Assembly: GCA_038320885.1 (NCBI GenBank)
Contig: JBBQER010000003.1
Coordinates: 11,794-75,793, forward strand
Length of the DNA: 64,000 nt
Source of the DNA: Acidimicrobiia bacterium
GTDB lineage: Bacteria; Actinomycetota; Acidimicrobiia; IMCC26256; PALSA-610
Reading direction: 5' to 3'
Below, one piece after another: positions 52,380-61,906 of this stretch. Position 1 is the first letter of the stretch. Every line of letters begins with the position of its first letter. Both the position numbers and the translations under genes were made by a program. A model generated the notes under the pieces. It made no database searches. It was not told where the DNA came from and was given only the letters and a program-made list of their open reading frames with translations.

Positions 52380-52466
52380 CCGGCTCTGCCGGTCGAGGTG
52401 TGCCGGTAGTCTGCGCCGCCGTCAGGCGCGACGCGACGGAGCCAATGCGGCACCAGGGGAGCAAGC

Positions 52467-54785
52467 ATGCCCACATCCGGCTCGATCCTCGGGAATCCCG
52501 TCCGGCGCCGGGAGGACCCCGACATCCTCACCGGCCGGACCCGGTACTTCGACGACCTGCCGATCGCCGGGATGGCCCACGTCGCCTTCGTCCGCTCGAC
52601 GATCGCGCACGCCGCGATCGAGGGCATCGACACGAGTGGCGCCGTCTCGATGCCGGGTGTGGTCGCCGTGTACACCGCTGACGATCTCGATCTTCCCGAT
52701 CACCACGGCTTCATGATGTTGCCGACCACGATGAATCGTCCGCCGCTCGCGCGCGACCGGGTGCGCTTCGTCGGCGACATCGTCGCGATGGTCATCGCGG
52801 AGACCAAGGCCGAGGCCGTCGACGCCGCGGAAGCGGTGATCGTCGACTACGACCCGCTCCCGGTCGTCGTCGACATGGAAGCCGCGCTCCTCCCCGACGC
52901 GCCGATCGTGTTCGACGCGCAGGGATCGAACGTCGCCAACGGCATGGGGACCGGACCGGTCGAGGGCGTCCTCGACGACGCCGACGTCGTCATCACGGCG
53001 CGCATCGTGAACCAACGCGTCGCGCCGGTGCCGATGGAGCCCGCGGGAATCGTGGCGGTTCCCGGCGAGCCCGCGGGCGGACTGACGTTCTACGCCGCGA
53101 CGCAAGGTCCGCACGGCGTGCGCGACGAGCTCGCGGCGAAGCTCGGGCTCGATCCCGAAGTGGTGCGCGGCGCGAACGCGGCAGTGGGCGGCGGCTTCGG
53201 CGCCAAGGCGGGGATGATCGTCGAATACCTCATGGTCTCCAAGGCCGCGCTGCTCCTCGGCCGCCCGGTGAAGTGGACCGAGACCCGCTCCGAGAACATG
53301 GTCGCGATGTGGCACGGCCGCGGCCACATTCACTACGTCGAGATGGGCTTGAAGCGCGACGGCACCATCACGGGGATGCGCGTGCGCACCGTCGCCGACG
53401 CGGGCGCGTACCCGGCGGTCGGCGCGTTCCTCCCGTTCTTCACGCAGATGATGTCGCAGAACGTGTACATCGTCCCGAAGATCGAGTTCAACTGGCAGGC
53501 CGCGGTTACCAACACCACGCCGGTCGCGGCATACCGCGGCGCCGGTCGCCCGGAGGCGATTCACCTCGTCGAGCGGACGCTCGACATGGCGGCCGACGAG
53601 CTTCACATCGACCCGGTCGAGATCCGCCGCAAGAACTTCATCCCTCCGGAGGCGTTCCCGTTTCTCACGGTCACGGGATTGGGCGCGACCTACGACAGTG
53701 GCGAGTACGCGAAGGCGCTCGACGTCGCCGTCGACAAGGCCGGCTACGCGCAGCTCCTCGTCGAGCAGGCCCAGCGGCGCGAGCGCGGCGACACGAAGCT
53801 GCTCGGTATCGGCGTGGCGTCGTACCTCGAGATCAGCGCGCCGCTCACGTTCAACCGCGAGTACGGCAAAGTCGAGATCGAGGACGACGGGACCGTGACC
53901 GCGCGCGTCGGTACCAGCGCGCACGGCCAGGGTCACGAGACGACGTTCGCCATGATCATCAGCGACGCGCTCGGCGTGCCCATGGAAAACGTGCGCGTCC
54001 TGCACTCCGACACGGCCACGGTCTTGCGCGGTGGCGGCACCGGCGGGTCGCGTTCGCTCCAGATCGGCGGCAGCGCGCTGTTCCAGGCGAGCGAGGAGGT
54101 GCTCGCGCAGGCGAAGCAGCTCGCGGCGCACATGCTCGAGGCGAGCGCCGATGACATCGTGATCGGCGAGGGTGGGCTGCAGGTCGCCGGTGTACCTGCG
54201 AGCACGTTGTCATGGGTCGATCTCGCGGGCGCGGTGAAGAATCCGGCGCGTCGCCCCGAGGGCATGGCCGAACGCCTGCAGCACGAGCTCGACTACGTAT
54301 CCGACGGGTCGTCGTTCCCGTTCGGCTCGCACATCGCCGTGGTCGAGGTCGACGCCGAAACCGGGAAGGTCGAGCTGATCCGCCACATTGCGGTCGATGA
54401 CTGCGGCAAGATCGTCAACCCGTTGCTCGTCGCCGGTCAACAGCACGGTGGGATCGGCCAGGGTGTCGCGCAGGCCTTGTACGAATCGGTGCAGTACGAC
54501 GAAGACGGCAACCCGATCACCGCGAACTTGATGGACTACGCGATGCCGTCGGCCGCGGAGTTGCCCTCTTACGAGGTGTTCAACACCGAGACGCCGAGCC
54601 CGCACAACCCGCTCGGCGCCAAGGGCATCGGCGAGTCGGCGACGCTCGGCTCGACACCCGCCGTGCACAACGCGATCGTCGACGCGGTCTCGCATCTCGG
54701 GATCACCCACATCGACATGCCGTGCACCGCCGAGCGGGTCTGGCGCGCGATGCAGTCCGCCTCTAGGGAAGCAGCCCGCGGCTAG
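52467..54785 (+). CDS. xanthine dehydrogenase/CO-dehydrogenase family molybdopterin-binding large subunit (CoxL form-II-like)
   Basis: GNPVRRREDPDILTGRTRYFDD N-terminus. AYRGAGRPEA active-site loop. No CoxM or CoxS partners adjacent. Confidence 0.85.
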   Translation: MPTSGSILGNPVRRREDPDILTGRTRYFDDLPIAGMAHVAFVRSTIAHAAIEGIDTSGAVSMPGVVAVYTADDLDLPDHHGFMMLPTTMNRPPLARDRVRFVGDIVAMVIAETKAEAVDAAEAVIVDYDPLPVVVDMEAALLPDAPIVFDAQGSNVANGMGTGPVEGVLDDADVVITARIVNQRVAPVPMEPAGIVAVPGEPAGGLTFYAATQGPHGVRDELAAKLGLDPEVVRGANAAVGGGFGAKAGMIVEYLMVSKAALLLGRPVKWTETRSENMVAMWHGRGHIHYVEMGLKRDGTITGMRVRTVADAGAYPAVGAFLPFFTQMMSQNVYIVPKIEFNWQAAVTNTTPVAAYRGAGRPEAIHLVERTLDMAADELHIDPVEIRRKNFIPPEAFPFLTVTGLGATYDSGEYAKALDVAVDKAGYAQLLVEQAQRRERGDTKLLGIGVASYLEISAPLTFNREYGKVEIEDDGTVTARVGTSAHGQGHETTFAMIISDALGVPMENVRVLHSDTATVLRGGGTGGSRSLQIGGSALFQASEEVLAQAKQLAAHMLEASADDIVIGEGGLQVAGVPASTLSWVDLAGAVKNPARRPEGMAERLQHELDYVSDGSSFPFGSHIAVVEVDAETGKVELIRHIAVDDCGKIVNPLLVAGQQHGGIGQGVAQALYESVQYDEDGNPITANLMDYAMPSAAELPSYEVFNTETPSPHNPLGAKGIGESATLGSTPAVHNAIVDAVSHLGITHIDMPCTAERVWRAMQSASREAARG

Positions 54786-55226
54786 ATGAGCCTGGCCGCG
54801 TCGACGCTGCGGCTCACGGAGTCGCAGTACGCCATGATCATCGGCAACGTCTACGACGGCTTGCCCAATGAGGCGTGCGGACTGCTGATCGGGCCGTGGG
54901 CTGCCGACGGCCGGCCGACCGGTGTGATCTCGAAAGCGTGGCCGTGCCGGAACGCGGCGGCGTCGGCCGTCGTCTACACCGTCGACGGCCGTGACTATCT
55001 CGCCGCGTCGCGCGCTGCCGAAGCGCTCGGTCACGAGATCGTCGGCGTGTGGCACAGCCATACGCACACCGAGGCCTACCCGTCGCCCACCGACGTGCGC
55101 CAGGCGGTCGACCCCGCGTGGTGGTACCCGATCGTGAGCCTCCGGGACGGCGAACCCAGGCTCCGGGCCTACCGCATCGTCGCCGGCGAGATCACCGAGC
55201 ATCCCATCGTCCTCGACCGCGGCTGA
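54786..55226 (+). CDS. mec: JAMM/MPN+ metalloprotease (Mec-like, CysO-thiocarboxylate/cysteine adduct hydrolase)
   Basis: EACGLLIG and HSHTHTEAYPSPTD (HxHx10D JAMM motif). cysO-cysM lies downstream. Confidence 0.8.
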   Translation: MSLAASTLRLTESQYAMIIGNVYDGLPNEACGLLIGPWAADGRPTGVISKAWPCRNAAASAVVYTVDGRDYLAASRAAEALGHEIVGVWHSHTHTEAYPSPTDVRQAVDPAWWYPIVSLRDGEPRLRAYRIVAGEITEHPIVLDRG

Positions 55227-55241
55227 GCGGCGCATCGTCGT

Positions 55242-55286
55242 TCATTTTGCGAACGCCGCCGAAAAGCGCGTTGAAATGCAAAATGA
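55242..55286. repeat. AT-rich inverted repeat TCATTTTGC-N27-GCAAAATGA upstream of the sigma-factor gene
   Basis: Read directly from the sequence. Resembles the reverse complement of the 12711-12749 element. Confidence 0.35.
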
Positions 55287-55323
55287 ACGGCAACCTTCCG
55301 CCGGGTCGGCGCGTCTGTGCAAC

Positions 55324-55857
55324 ATGGCGGGTGTATCGACCGAGGACGGGCGGGTGGAGGTGCCCGGCCCGGCGCGTGATTCCTCGTTCGCCGAGCTGTT
55401 CGCCAAGCACTACGCGCCCGTGCTGAGGCTCGCCGCACTGCTCGAAGGCGACCCGACCCGGGCCGAGGACGCGGTGTGCGACGCGTTCGCCCGCGTGTAC
55501 GGCCGCCTCCGGCGAGGTGGCGTCGAAGACGCAACGCCCTACCTCCGGCAGGCCGTCGTGAACGCGGTGCGCGGCGGTTGGCGCCGCCGCCAGGTCGAAC
55601 GCCGGCACGCGAGCGCGTTCGAGGCCGATACCTCTACGCCGCCGTTCGAATTGGAAGTGGTCGAGCGCGACGAAGTGTGGACCGCGCTCAAACGCCTACC
55701 TCCCGGCCAACGGCGCGTCGTCGTGCTGCGTTACTACGAGGATCTCCCGGAGGCGGAAGTCGCGCGCCTGCTGCGCGTGAAGGTCGGAACGATCAAGTCC
55801 CAAGCGGCGAAGGGCCTCGCCGCGCTCCACTCGATCCTCGAGGTGCGCGATGGATGA
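55324..55857 (+). CDS. ECF (SigE-type) RNA polymerase sigma-70 family factor
   Basis: Region 2 FAELFAKHYAPVLRLAALL...AEDAVCDAF. Region 4 VVVLRYYEDLPEAEVARLLRVKVGTIKSQAAKG. Confidence 0.85.
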   Translation: MAGVSTEDGRVEVPGPARDSSFAELFAKHYAPVLRLAALLEGDPTRAEDAVCDAFARVYGRLRRGGVEDATPYLRQAVVNAVRGGWRRRQVERRHASAFEADTSTPPFELEVVERDEVWTALKRLPPGQRRVVVLRYYEDLPEAEVARLLRVKVGTIKSQAAKGLAALHSILEVRDG

Positions 55858-57985
55858 GCGCGAAGTACGTGACCTGCTGAAAAACGCAGCCGCGTCAATA
55901 GCGCCGAGCACCGATCTTTCGGATCGGGCCGAGCAGCGCTACCGCCGCCGACGCGCCCGCGGACGCGTGGTCGCAGCGGTAGTTGTCCTCGCGATCGTTG
56001 GATCGGGCGTAGCAACCGCCGAGATGGTCGGAAATGACCACGATGCTCCGAAGGTTGTCGCCCCGACGTCGACGCTGCCGCGGCGCGTCGAGCACGTAGA
56101 CCCAAAGGAATTTGCTTCTCTTGCTTTCCGTGACGCGACAACTGGCTATGGAGTCGCGCCTACCGAGCTGGAACCGGTGCTCGCGAAAACCGAAGACGGC
56201 GGACGAACGTGGCGCGCGGTCGGCCGCATGCCCCGCAACGCGGACTCGATCTCAGTCATGACCGAGCGCACCGATTCCGGGCCGTCGCTCCTGGCATGGG
56301 GGAGCGGGCTGTACGTGAGTACCGACGACGGCTCTCATTGGAAGCGCACTCGGAGCGAGTCGATTGACCAAGTAGCGGTGGTGTCCGATCGCGTATGGGC
56401 TACTACGTTCTGTGTAGGTCTTGGGCACTGCAGTGATGCCGTCGCGTTCTCCGACGACGGTGGCCGCACGTGGCACGACGCCAAGCTCCGGCCAACCCCT
56501 GGTGCGGCGACCCTCGTGGCCGCAGCGCGGGACGTTGTATACGTCGTAATGCCCGGCCGCGGCGGATGGGTGATCGCGAAGACCTCGGACGGTGGGAGTC
56601 ACTGGACATCCGAGCCGACCCCGTGTCCGGGCTTCACTGAGTCCACGAGCCTCGCGCGGAACGATCGCGTGCTCCTCCTCGCGTGTGTCGGTCAGCCGGC
56701 GGGGCTAACGACGATGAAACGGACGTTTCTGTCGAGCGACGACGGCCGGACCTGGAAGAGCGGCGGGCAGCTCGGCGGGTCGGGCGCGTCGGTTGTGGCG
56801 CTCGGCTCGACGTTCGTCGCGAACGAGTCACGCGCGGGCATCTTCGCCTCGACCGACGATGGACGCACGTGGCGAGTCGTGCTGGTCGCCGACGCGGTGC
56901 AGGTCATGACCGTGCTCGCGGGCGTCGGTGCGTGGGTCGCCGTGCTCTCCGGAGAGAACAACGGCTTCTGGTTCAGCGCCGACGGCGTGCATTGGGAGGA
57001 GCGCGGTCGCGCGGGCGCGACGTCCGTACCGGCCGGGGGTCGGGTCGCATTGCGCGACATGACGGCTTTGTCGTTCGTTGACGCGAACGTCGGCTTCGGC
57101 CTCACAGCTCACGATCGCAACTCCGGGAGCGATGCCGTGCGTACCGACGACGGCGGGCGCACGTGGCGACGCGTCGGCGCGTTGGTCGAGTTCGAGAACT
57201 TCGTACATTTCGAGAACGCGTCCCAGGGCGTGGCGTGGGGGAACGGCCCGCTCCAGGTGACGACCGACGGCGGCGTTCACTGGAGCGCGACCGACGGTCC
57301 GGTCGACAACGCCCTGTCGTGGGCCGAAGGCCGGCTCTGGGCGATGACCCCGTGCGTCCAATCCACGCCGTGCGGATCGAGGCCGGTCCTCATCTCCGAC
57401 GACGTCGGCCAAACGTGGCGACCGACCGCGTCGCTCCGGCTGGGGTTCGGCGGCGCCGCCTTGTTGGCTACGTCGCGGTCGACCGCGTATTACGCGGAGC
57501 CGGCGACCGATCAACTCTCGGGATCATCGCAGCTCGCGGTCACGAACGACGACGGTGCATCTTGGCGCTACGAGCCCGTGCCGTGTCCGACCTCGACGGG
57601 CGTGTCGAGCCTCGCGTTTAACGGCGACGCGCTCCTGCTCGTTTGCATGGGTCAGCCGGCCGGAACCATGACGATGATCGGGGTCTGGACGTCGACCAAC
57701 GGTGGTCGCGACTGGACCGCGTCGGCGAGACCCGACGGATTCGGCGGCGCAGTCACCAATGTCGGATCGACCTTCGTCGCCAATACAGTCCGCGGCCCGA
57801 TCCTGTCTTCGACCGACGAAGGCGGCTCGTGGAAGGAATCGCTGCCGAGCGACGCGTCGCCGACGATGTCTGCGCCGCTGCCCGGCGTCGGCATATGGGC
57901 GTTGCCCGAGCGAAGTGGTTCGGGATACGAGCTGTGGTTCAGTGCCGACGGTGTGCACTGGGAGCGGCGGAATCCTGACCATTGA
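55850..57985 (+). CDS. single-pass membrane protein with two tandem BNR/Asp-box beta-propeller modules (sigma-coupled, putative anti-sigma or sensor)
   Basis: ATGGATGA overlap with the sigma-factor stop. TM segment VVAAVVVLAIVGSGVA. At least 12 S/T-x-D-x-G-x-T/H-W boxes. The two halves share PCP...LLL.C.GQPAG..TM, GSTFVAN and WFSADGVHWE. Confidence 0.7.
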   Translation: MDEREVRDLLKNAAASIAPSTDLSDRAEQRYRRRRARGRVVAAVVVLAIVGSGVATAEMVGNDHDAPKVVAPTSTLPRRVEHVDPKEFASLAFRDATTGYGVAPTELEPVLAKTEDGGRTWRAVGRMPRNADSISVMTERTDSGPSLLAWGSGLYVSTDDGSHWKRTRSESIDQVAVVSDRVWATTFCVGLGHCSDAVAFSDDGGRTWHDAKLRPTPGAATLVAAARDVVYVVMPGRGGWVIAKTSDGGSHWTSEPTPCPGFTESTSLARNDRVLLLACVGQPAGLTTMKRTFLSSDDGRTWKSGGQLGGSGASVVALGSTFVANESRAGIFASTDDGRTWRVVLVADAVQVMTVLAGVGAWVAVLSGENNGFWFSADGVHWEERGRAGATSVPAGGRVALRDMTALSFVDANVGFGLTAHDRNSGSDAVRTDDGGRTWRRVGALVEFENFVHFENASQGVAWGNGPLQVTTDGGVHWSATDGPVDNALSWAEGRLWAMTPCVQSTPCGSRPVLISDDVGQTWRPTASLRLGFGGAALLATSRSTAYYAEPATDQLSGSSQLAVTNDDGASWRYEPVPCPTSTGVSSLAFNGDALLLVCMGQPAGTMTMIGVWTSTNGGRDWTASARPDGFGGAVTNVGSTFVANTVRGPILSSTDEGGSWKESLPSDASPTMSAPLPGVGIWALPERSGSGYELWFSADGVHWERRNPDH

Positions 57986-57995
57986 AGTCGGGTTG

Positions 57996-58001
57996 TAACC
58001 T
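57996..58001 (+). promoter_or_regulatory. candidate -10 hexamer TAACCT, 6 nt upstream of the ATG at 58008 (leaderless candidate)
   Basis: TAnnnT hexamer, no SD. Confidence 0.3.
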
Positions 58002-58007
58002 GCGCCT

Positions 58008-58283
58008 ATGGCCGTCGAGATCAAGCTTCCCACCGTGCTCCGCGCCGCCGCCGATGGGCAGCCGAGCGTTTCCGTCGACGGCGCGACCGTCGGTGACGTC
58101 TTCAACACGCTGGTCGAGAAGTACCCGGGCCTGCGCGAGAACCTGCTCGACGGGGCCGGCGGCATGCACAAGTTCGTCAACGTATACAAGGACGACGACG
58201 ACATCCGCTACCTCGACGGCCTCGACACCAAGCTCGCCGACGGCGACGTGCTGACGATCCTCCCTGCAGTCGCGGGAGGTTGA
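58008..58283 (+). CDS. cysO: MoaD/ThiS-family sulfur carrier protein (CysO-like)
   Basis: 91 aa, ubiquitin-like, ends ...DGDVLTILPAVAGG*. Adjacent to cysM. Confidence 0.8.
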   Translation: MAVEIKLPTVLRAAADGQPSVSVDGATVGDVFNTLVEKYPGLRENLLDGAGGMHKFVNVYKDDDDIRYLDGLDTKLADGDVLTILPAVAGG

Positions 58284-58409
58284 TCGTCGAGTGATGAATC
58301 GACTCGCGGCGAACGAAGCGCCGAAAGCGCGGAGCGAGCTCGCCGGAGCGGCGAGCGTCCGCGGCCGGAGTTTCGCCGGCCGCAGCGAGTGCGACAAAGA
58401 AGCATCCGG

Positions 58410-59345
58410 GTGAAACACGACAGCGTTCTCGGGCTGATCGGCAACACCCCGCTCGTCGGGGTGCACCAACTCTCGCCGAAACCCGAGGTGAAGATCTGGG
58501 CCAAGCTCGAGGGACAGAACCCGGGCGGCTCGTCGAAGGATCGCATCGCGCTCAAGATGATCGAGATGGCCGAGGAAGACGGCGCGCTGAAGCCGGGCGC
58601 GACCATCCTCGAGCCGTCGTCGGGCAACACCGGCATCGGGCTCGCGCTCGTCGCGAAGTTGCGCGGGTACAAGTTGCGGGTCGTGCTACCCGAGAACGTC
58701 TCGGTAGAACGACGCCAGCTGCTCGAGATCTTCGGCGCAGAGGTCACGACGTCACCGGGGGAAGAGGGCAGCAACGGCGCCATCCGCATGGCCGAGAAGA
58801 TCGCCGCCGACTCACCCGAGTACGTGTTCCTGTTCCAGTACGGCAACCCGGCGAATCCCCTCGCGCACTACGAGGCCACCGGCCCCGAGATCCTGCGCGA
58901 CTGCCCGGAAGTCGACGTGTTCGTCGCCGGGCTCGGCACCAGCGGCACGCTGATGGGCGTCGGCAAGTACCTCAAGCAGCGCCAGCCACGCGTACGCGTC
59001 GTCGCGGTCGAGCCGCCGGCCGGAGAGCTCGTACAGGGCCTGCGCAATCTCGACGACGGGTTCGTCCCGCCGATCTTCGATCCCGAGGTGCTCGACCGCA
59101 AGCTCATCGTTCGCCCGCGCGAGTCTGTGGAGTGGACGCGTCGGTTGCTCGAGGAGTGCGGCGTGTTCGCGGGTATCTCGTCGGGCGCGGCGATGGCCGG
59201 CGCGGCGAAGGCGGCCGAGCAGATGGACTCGGGAACGATCGTGGTGTTGTTGCCCGACGGCGGCTGGAAGTACCTGTCGTCGGGTGCGTGGACTGATCCG
59301 CTCGACGACGTCGTCGAGCGCGCGACGCGCATCAACTACTGGTAA
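58410..59345 (+). CDS. cysM: PLP-dependent cysteine synthase (CysM-like, O-phosphoserine sulfhydrylase type)
   Basis: GNTPLVG...KLEGQNPGGSSKDR (PLP Lys)...SSGNTGIGLA. Start taken at the GTG giving VKHDSVLGLIGNTPLV. Confidence 0.85.
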   Translation: MKHDSVLGLIGNTPLVGVHQLSPKPEVKIWAKLEGQNPGGSSKDRIALKMIEMAEEDGALKPGATILEPSSGNTGIGLALVAKLRGYKLRVVLPENVSVERRQLLEIFGAEVTTSPGEEGSNGAIRMAEKIAADSPEYVFLFQYGNPANPLAHYEATGPEILRDCPEVDVFVAGLGTSGTLMGVGKYLKQRQPRVRVVAVEPPAGELVQGLRNLDDGFVPPIFDPEVLDRKLIVRPRESVEWTRRLLEECGVFAGISSGAAMAGAAKAAEQMDSGTIVVLLPDGGWKYLSSGAWTDPLDDVVERATRINYW

Positions 59346-59350
59346 CGCGC

Positions 59351-60328
59351 TTGCCGTCATCCGAAGCAGATGTGGCGCCGGCCGTGGACGCGCTGCGCCG
59401 CGGCGAGCTCGTCGCCTTTCCGACCGAGACTGTCTACGGCCTCGGCGCCGACGCGTCGAACGCGCGCGCCGTGCAGCAGTTGTTCGCGGTGAAACGTCGT
59501 CCGGTCGACCATCCCGTGATCGTGCACATCGCGCACGCCGGGCAACTCGCCGAGCTCGGTGTTGATGTTCCCGACATCGCTCGCGCCTTGGCCGTTGCCT
59601 TCTGGCCCGGACCGCTCACGCTCGTCGTGAAGCGCAACCCCGAACGCGTGGCGTCGGAGGTGACCGGCGGACGTGACACCGTGGGACTTCGCGTGCCCGA
59701 CCATCCGCTTGCCCTCGCGCTGCTCGACGCGTTCGGCGGGGGAGTCGCGGCGCCGTCGGCGAACCGCTTCGGCAAGGTGAGCCCCACGACCGCCGCGCAC
59801 GTGCGCGCCGATCTCGGCAATGACGTCGCCGTCGTGCTCGACGGCGGACCGTGCCGGATCGGGATCGAGTCGACGATCGTCGACGTGACGGGATCGGAGC
59901 CGGCGATCCTGCGCGTCGGCGGCGTGGGCAGGGCGCGCATCGCGGAGACGATCGGGCGCGAATGCGCGGTGCGCACGACCGGGGAGATCGCGGCGCCGGG
60001 CACGTTGGCGTCCCACTACGCGCCAATGGTCGTCGTCGAGATTGTTGATGTCGCGGACGTGACGGGTCGAGCGCGCGAGCTCCTGGCCGCCGAGCAGCAC
60101 GTCGGCGTGCTCGCGACGCCGGAGAGCTTGGCGCATCCGGAGAAGCTGCCCGACCTTGTGGTCATGCTCGATCCGCCGCGTGACACGGCCGACTACGCCC
60201 GGGTCCTCTACGCGCGGCTCCGGACCGCCGACGAGCTGGGACTCGACGCCTTGCTCGTCGTGCTGCCGCCCGAAACCGACGAGCTGGGTGCGGCCGTCGC
60301 CGACCGCCTTCGGCGCGCTGCGGGCTGA
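59351..60328 (+). CDS. L-threonylcarbamoyladenylate synthase (Sua5/YwlC/TsaC family)
   Basis: VAFPTETVYGLGADA, GPLTLV, SANRFG motifs plus a C-terminal Sua5 domain. Confidence 0.9.
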   Translation: MPSSEADVAPAVDALRRGELVAFPTETVYGLGADASNARAVQQLFAVKRRPVDHPVIVHIAHAGQLAELGVDVPDIARALAVAFWPGPLTLVVKRNPERVASEVTGGRDTVGLRVPDHPLALALLDAFGGGVAAPSANRFGKVSPTTAAHVRADLGNDVAVVLDGGPCRIGIESTIVDVTGSEPAILRVGGVGRARIAETIGRECAVRTTGEIAAPGTLASHYAPMVVVEIVDVADVTGRARELLAAEQHVGVLATPESLAHPEKLPDLVVMLDPPRDTADYARVLYARLRTADELGLDALLVVLPPETDELGAAVADRLRRAAG

Positions 60329-60361
60329 GTACCACTGTGAGAGGTACCGCGCGCGGCTAGC

Positions 60362-61174
60362 GTGACTTCTCAGATGCCCCTTGACGAGCGGCCTATCGGC
60401 GTCTTCGACAGCGGCCTCGGCGGGCTCACCGTCGTGCGCGCGCTCCTCGACCTCGTTCCCGAGGAGCGCATCCTGTATTTCGGCGATACGGGGCGATTTC
60501 CCTACGGCCCGAAACCCGCGAGTGAGGTGCTGAAGTACTCGCTCGAGATCACCGACCTGCTCCTGGCGCGTGACGTGAAGATGATCGTCGTGGCGTGCAA
60601 CAGTGCGTCGGCCGCCGCGCTCGACCATCTCCAGGCGCACGTTGTGGTTCCCGTCACGGGAGTGATCGAGCCCGGCATCCGAGCGGCGCAGCGCACGACC
60701 CAGACGGGACGGATCGGTGTGATCGGTACCGTCGGGACCATCGCGTCGGGCGCGTACCAGCGCGCCGCGGCCGCGATTGATCCCGCGCTCACGCTCACGT
60801 GCGCGGCGTGCCCGGGTTTCGTGGAGTTCGTCGAGTCCGGTGACGTCGACTCCGACCAGGTGCACGTGCTCGCCGAGCGGCTCTTCGCGCCGATGGTCGG
60901 CGCAGGCGTCGACACGCTCGTGCTCGGGTGCACGCACTACCCGCTGCTCGCCCGCACGATCGGCGACGTGATGGGCCCGGACGTCGTGCTCGTGTCGAGC
61001 GCGGAAGAGACTGCGTTCGAAGTGCGCCTCCGACTCGCAGGCGAAGCGAAGGCGCCGTTAACCCGCCGCCGCGTGCAGTTCGTCACGAGCGGCGACGTCG
61101 AAACCTTTCGACGACTGGGTGCGCGGTTCTGTGGTCCGGAAGTCGACGCGGTGGAGGCCTGGTCGTGGAGCTGA
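60362..61174 (+). CDS. murI: glutamate racemase
   Basis: IGVFDSGLGGLTV, VVACNSASA, LGCTHYPLL. Confidence 0.92.
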   Translation: MTSQMPLDERPIGVFDSGLGGLTVVRALLDLVPEERILYFGDTGRFPYGPKPASEVLKYSLEITDLLLARDVKMIVVACNSASAAALDHLQAHVVVPVTGVIEPGIRAAQRTTQTGRIGVIGTVGTIASGAYQRAAAAIDPALTLTCAACPGFVEFVESGDVDSDQVHVLAERLFAPMVGAGVDTLVLGCTHYPLLARTIGDVMGPDVVLVSSAEETAFEVRLRLAGEAKAPLTRRRVQFVTSGDVETFRRLGARFCGPEVDAVEAWSWS

Positions 61175-61893
61175 CCGTGCTCGGGTGCTCGGGTTCCTAC
61201 GGCGCGCCGGCCGGGGGCGCGTGCAGCGGTTACCTCGTGCGCGCCGGCGACGCGAACATCTGGATGGACTGCGGCAACGGCACGTTCGCCAACCTGCAGC
61301 AGCACATCGATCCTGCCGAGCTGACCGCGGTCGTGATCACCCACGGGCACGCCGACCATTGCGTCGACATCTACGGCCTGCACGTGATGTACCGCTACGG
61401 CCTCGAGCGCGGAGGTCTGCCCCTGTACGTACCCGAAGGACTCGAATCCGTGCTCGAAGTCCTGGTCGGCAATTTCGGCGACACGTTCGAATGGCACACC
61501 GTGGGCGACGGCGACAAGGCGATGGTCGGCGAAGCCGCGGTTCGGTTCTCCCGCACCGACCATCCACCGCCGACGGTTGCGGTCGAGATCGCGCACGACG
61601 GCAAGCGACTCGTATACACGGCCGACACCGGCGCGGAGTGGAGCGTCGACGCGTTCGGAGCCGGCGCCGATCTCGTGCTCTCCGAGGCCACGTACTTGCA
61701 CGACGACATCAGGGTGCCGATCCACTATTCGGCGCGCATCGCGGGCGAGTACGCACGCGAGGCGAACGCGCGCCGGCTGATGATCACCCATTTGTGGCCG
61801 ACACTCGACCCGGTAGCCTCCGTCGAAGAGGCCTCCGAGGGCTTCGGCGGCGCCGTCACGTTGGCCGCGCCGCACCTCAACACGCACGTCTGA
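61165..61893 (+). CDS. MBL-fold metallo-hydrolase
   Basis: [20 protein letters not shown] motif. Same murI-MBL-rph-rdgB order as in mycobacteria. Confidence 0.8.
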   Translation: MELTVLGCSGSYGAPAGGACSGYLVRAGDANIWMDCGNGTFANLQQHIDPAELTAVVITHGHADHCVDIYGLHVMYRYGLERGGLPLYVPEGLESVLEVLVGNFGDTFEWHTVGDGDKAMVGEAAVRFSRTDHPPPTVAVEIAHDGKRLVYTADTGAEWSVDAFGAGADLVLSEATYLHDDIRVPIHYSARIAGEYAREANARRLMITHLWPTLDPVASVEEASEGFGGAVTLAAPHLNTHV

Positions 61894-61906
61894 CTGCAGG
61901 AGACGA

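Noticed and set aside
55251-55274. ECF-type autoregulatory promoter GAAC...CGTT inside the inverted repeat upstream of the sigma gene.
   Set aside because: The spacer between AAC and CGT is only about 14 nt, against the usual 16-17. It is not called as a promoter.
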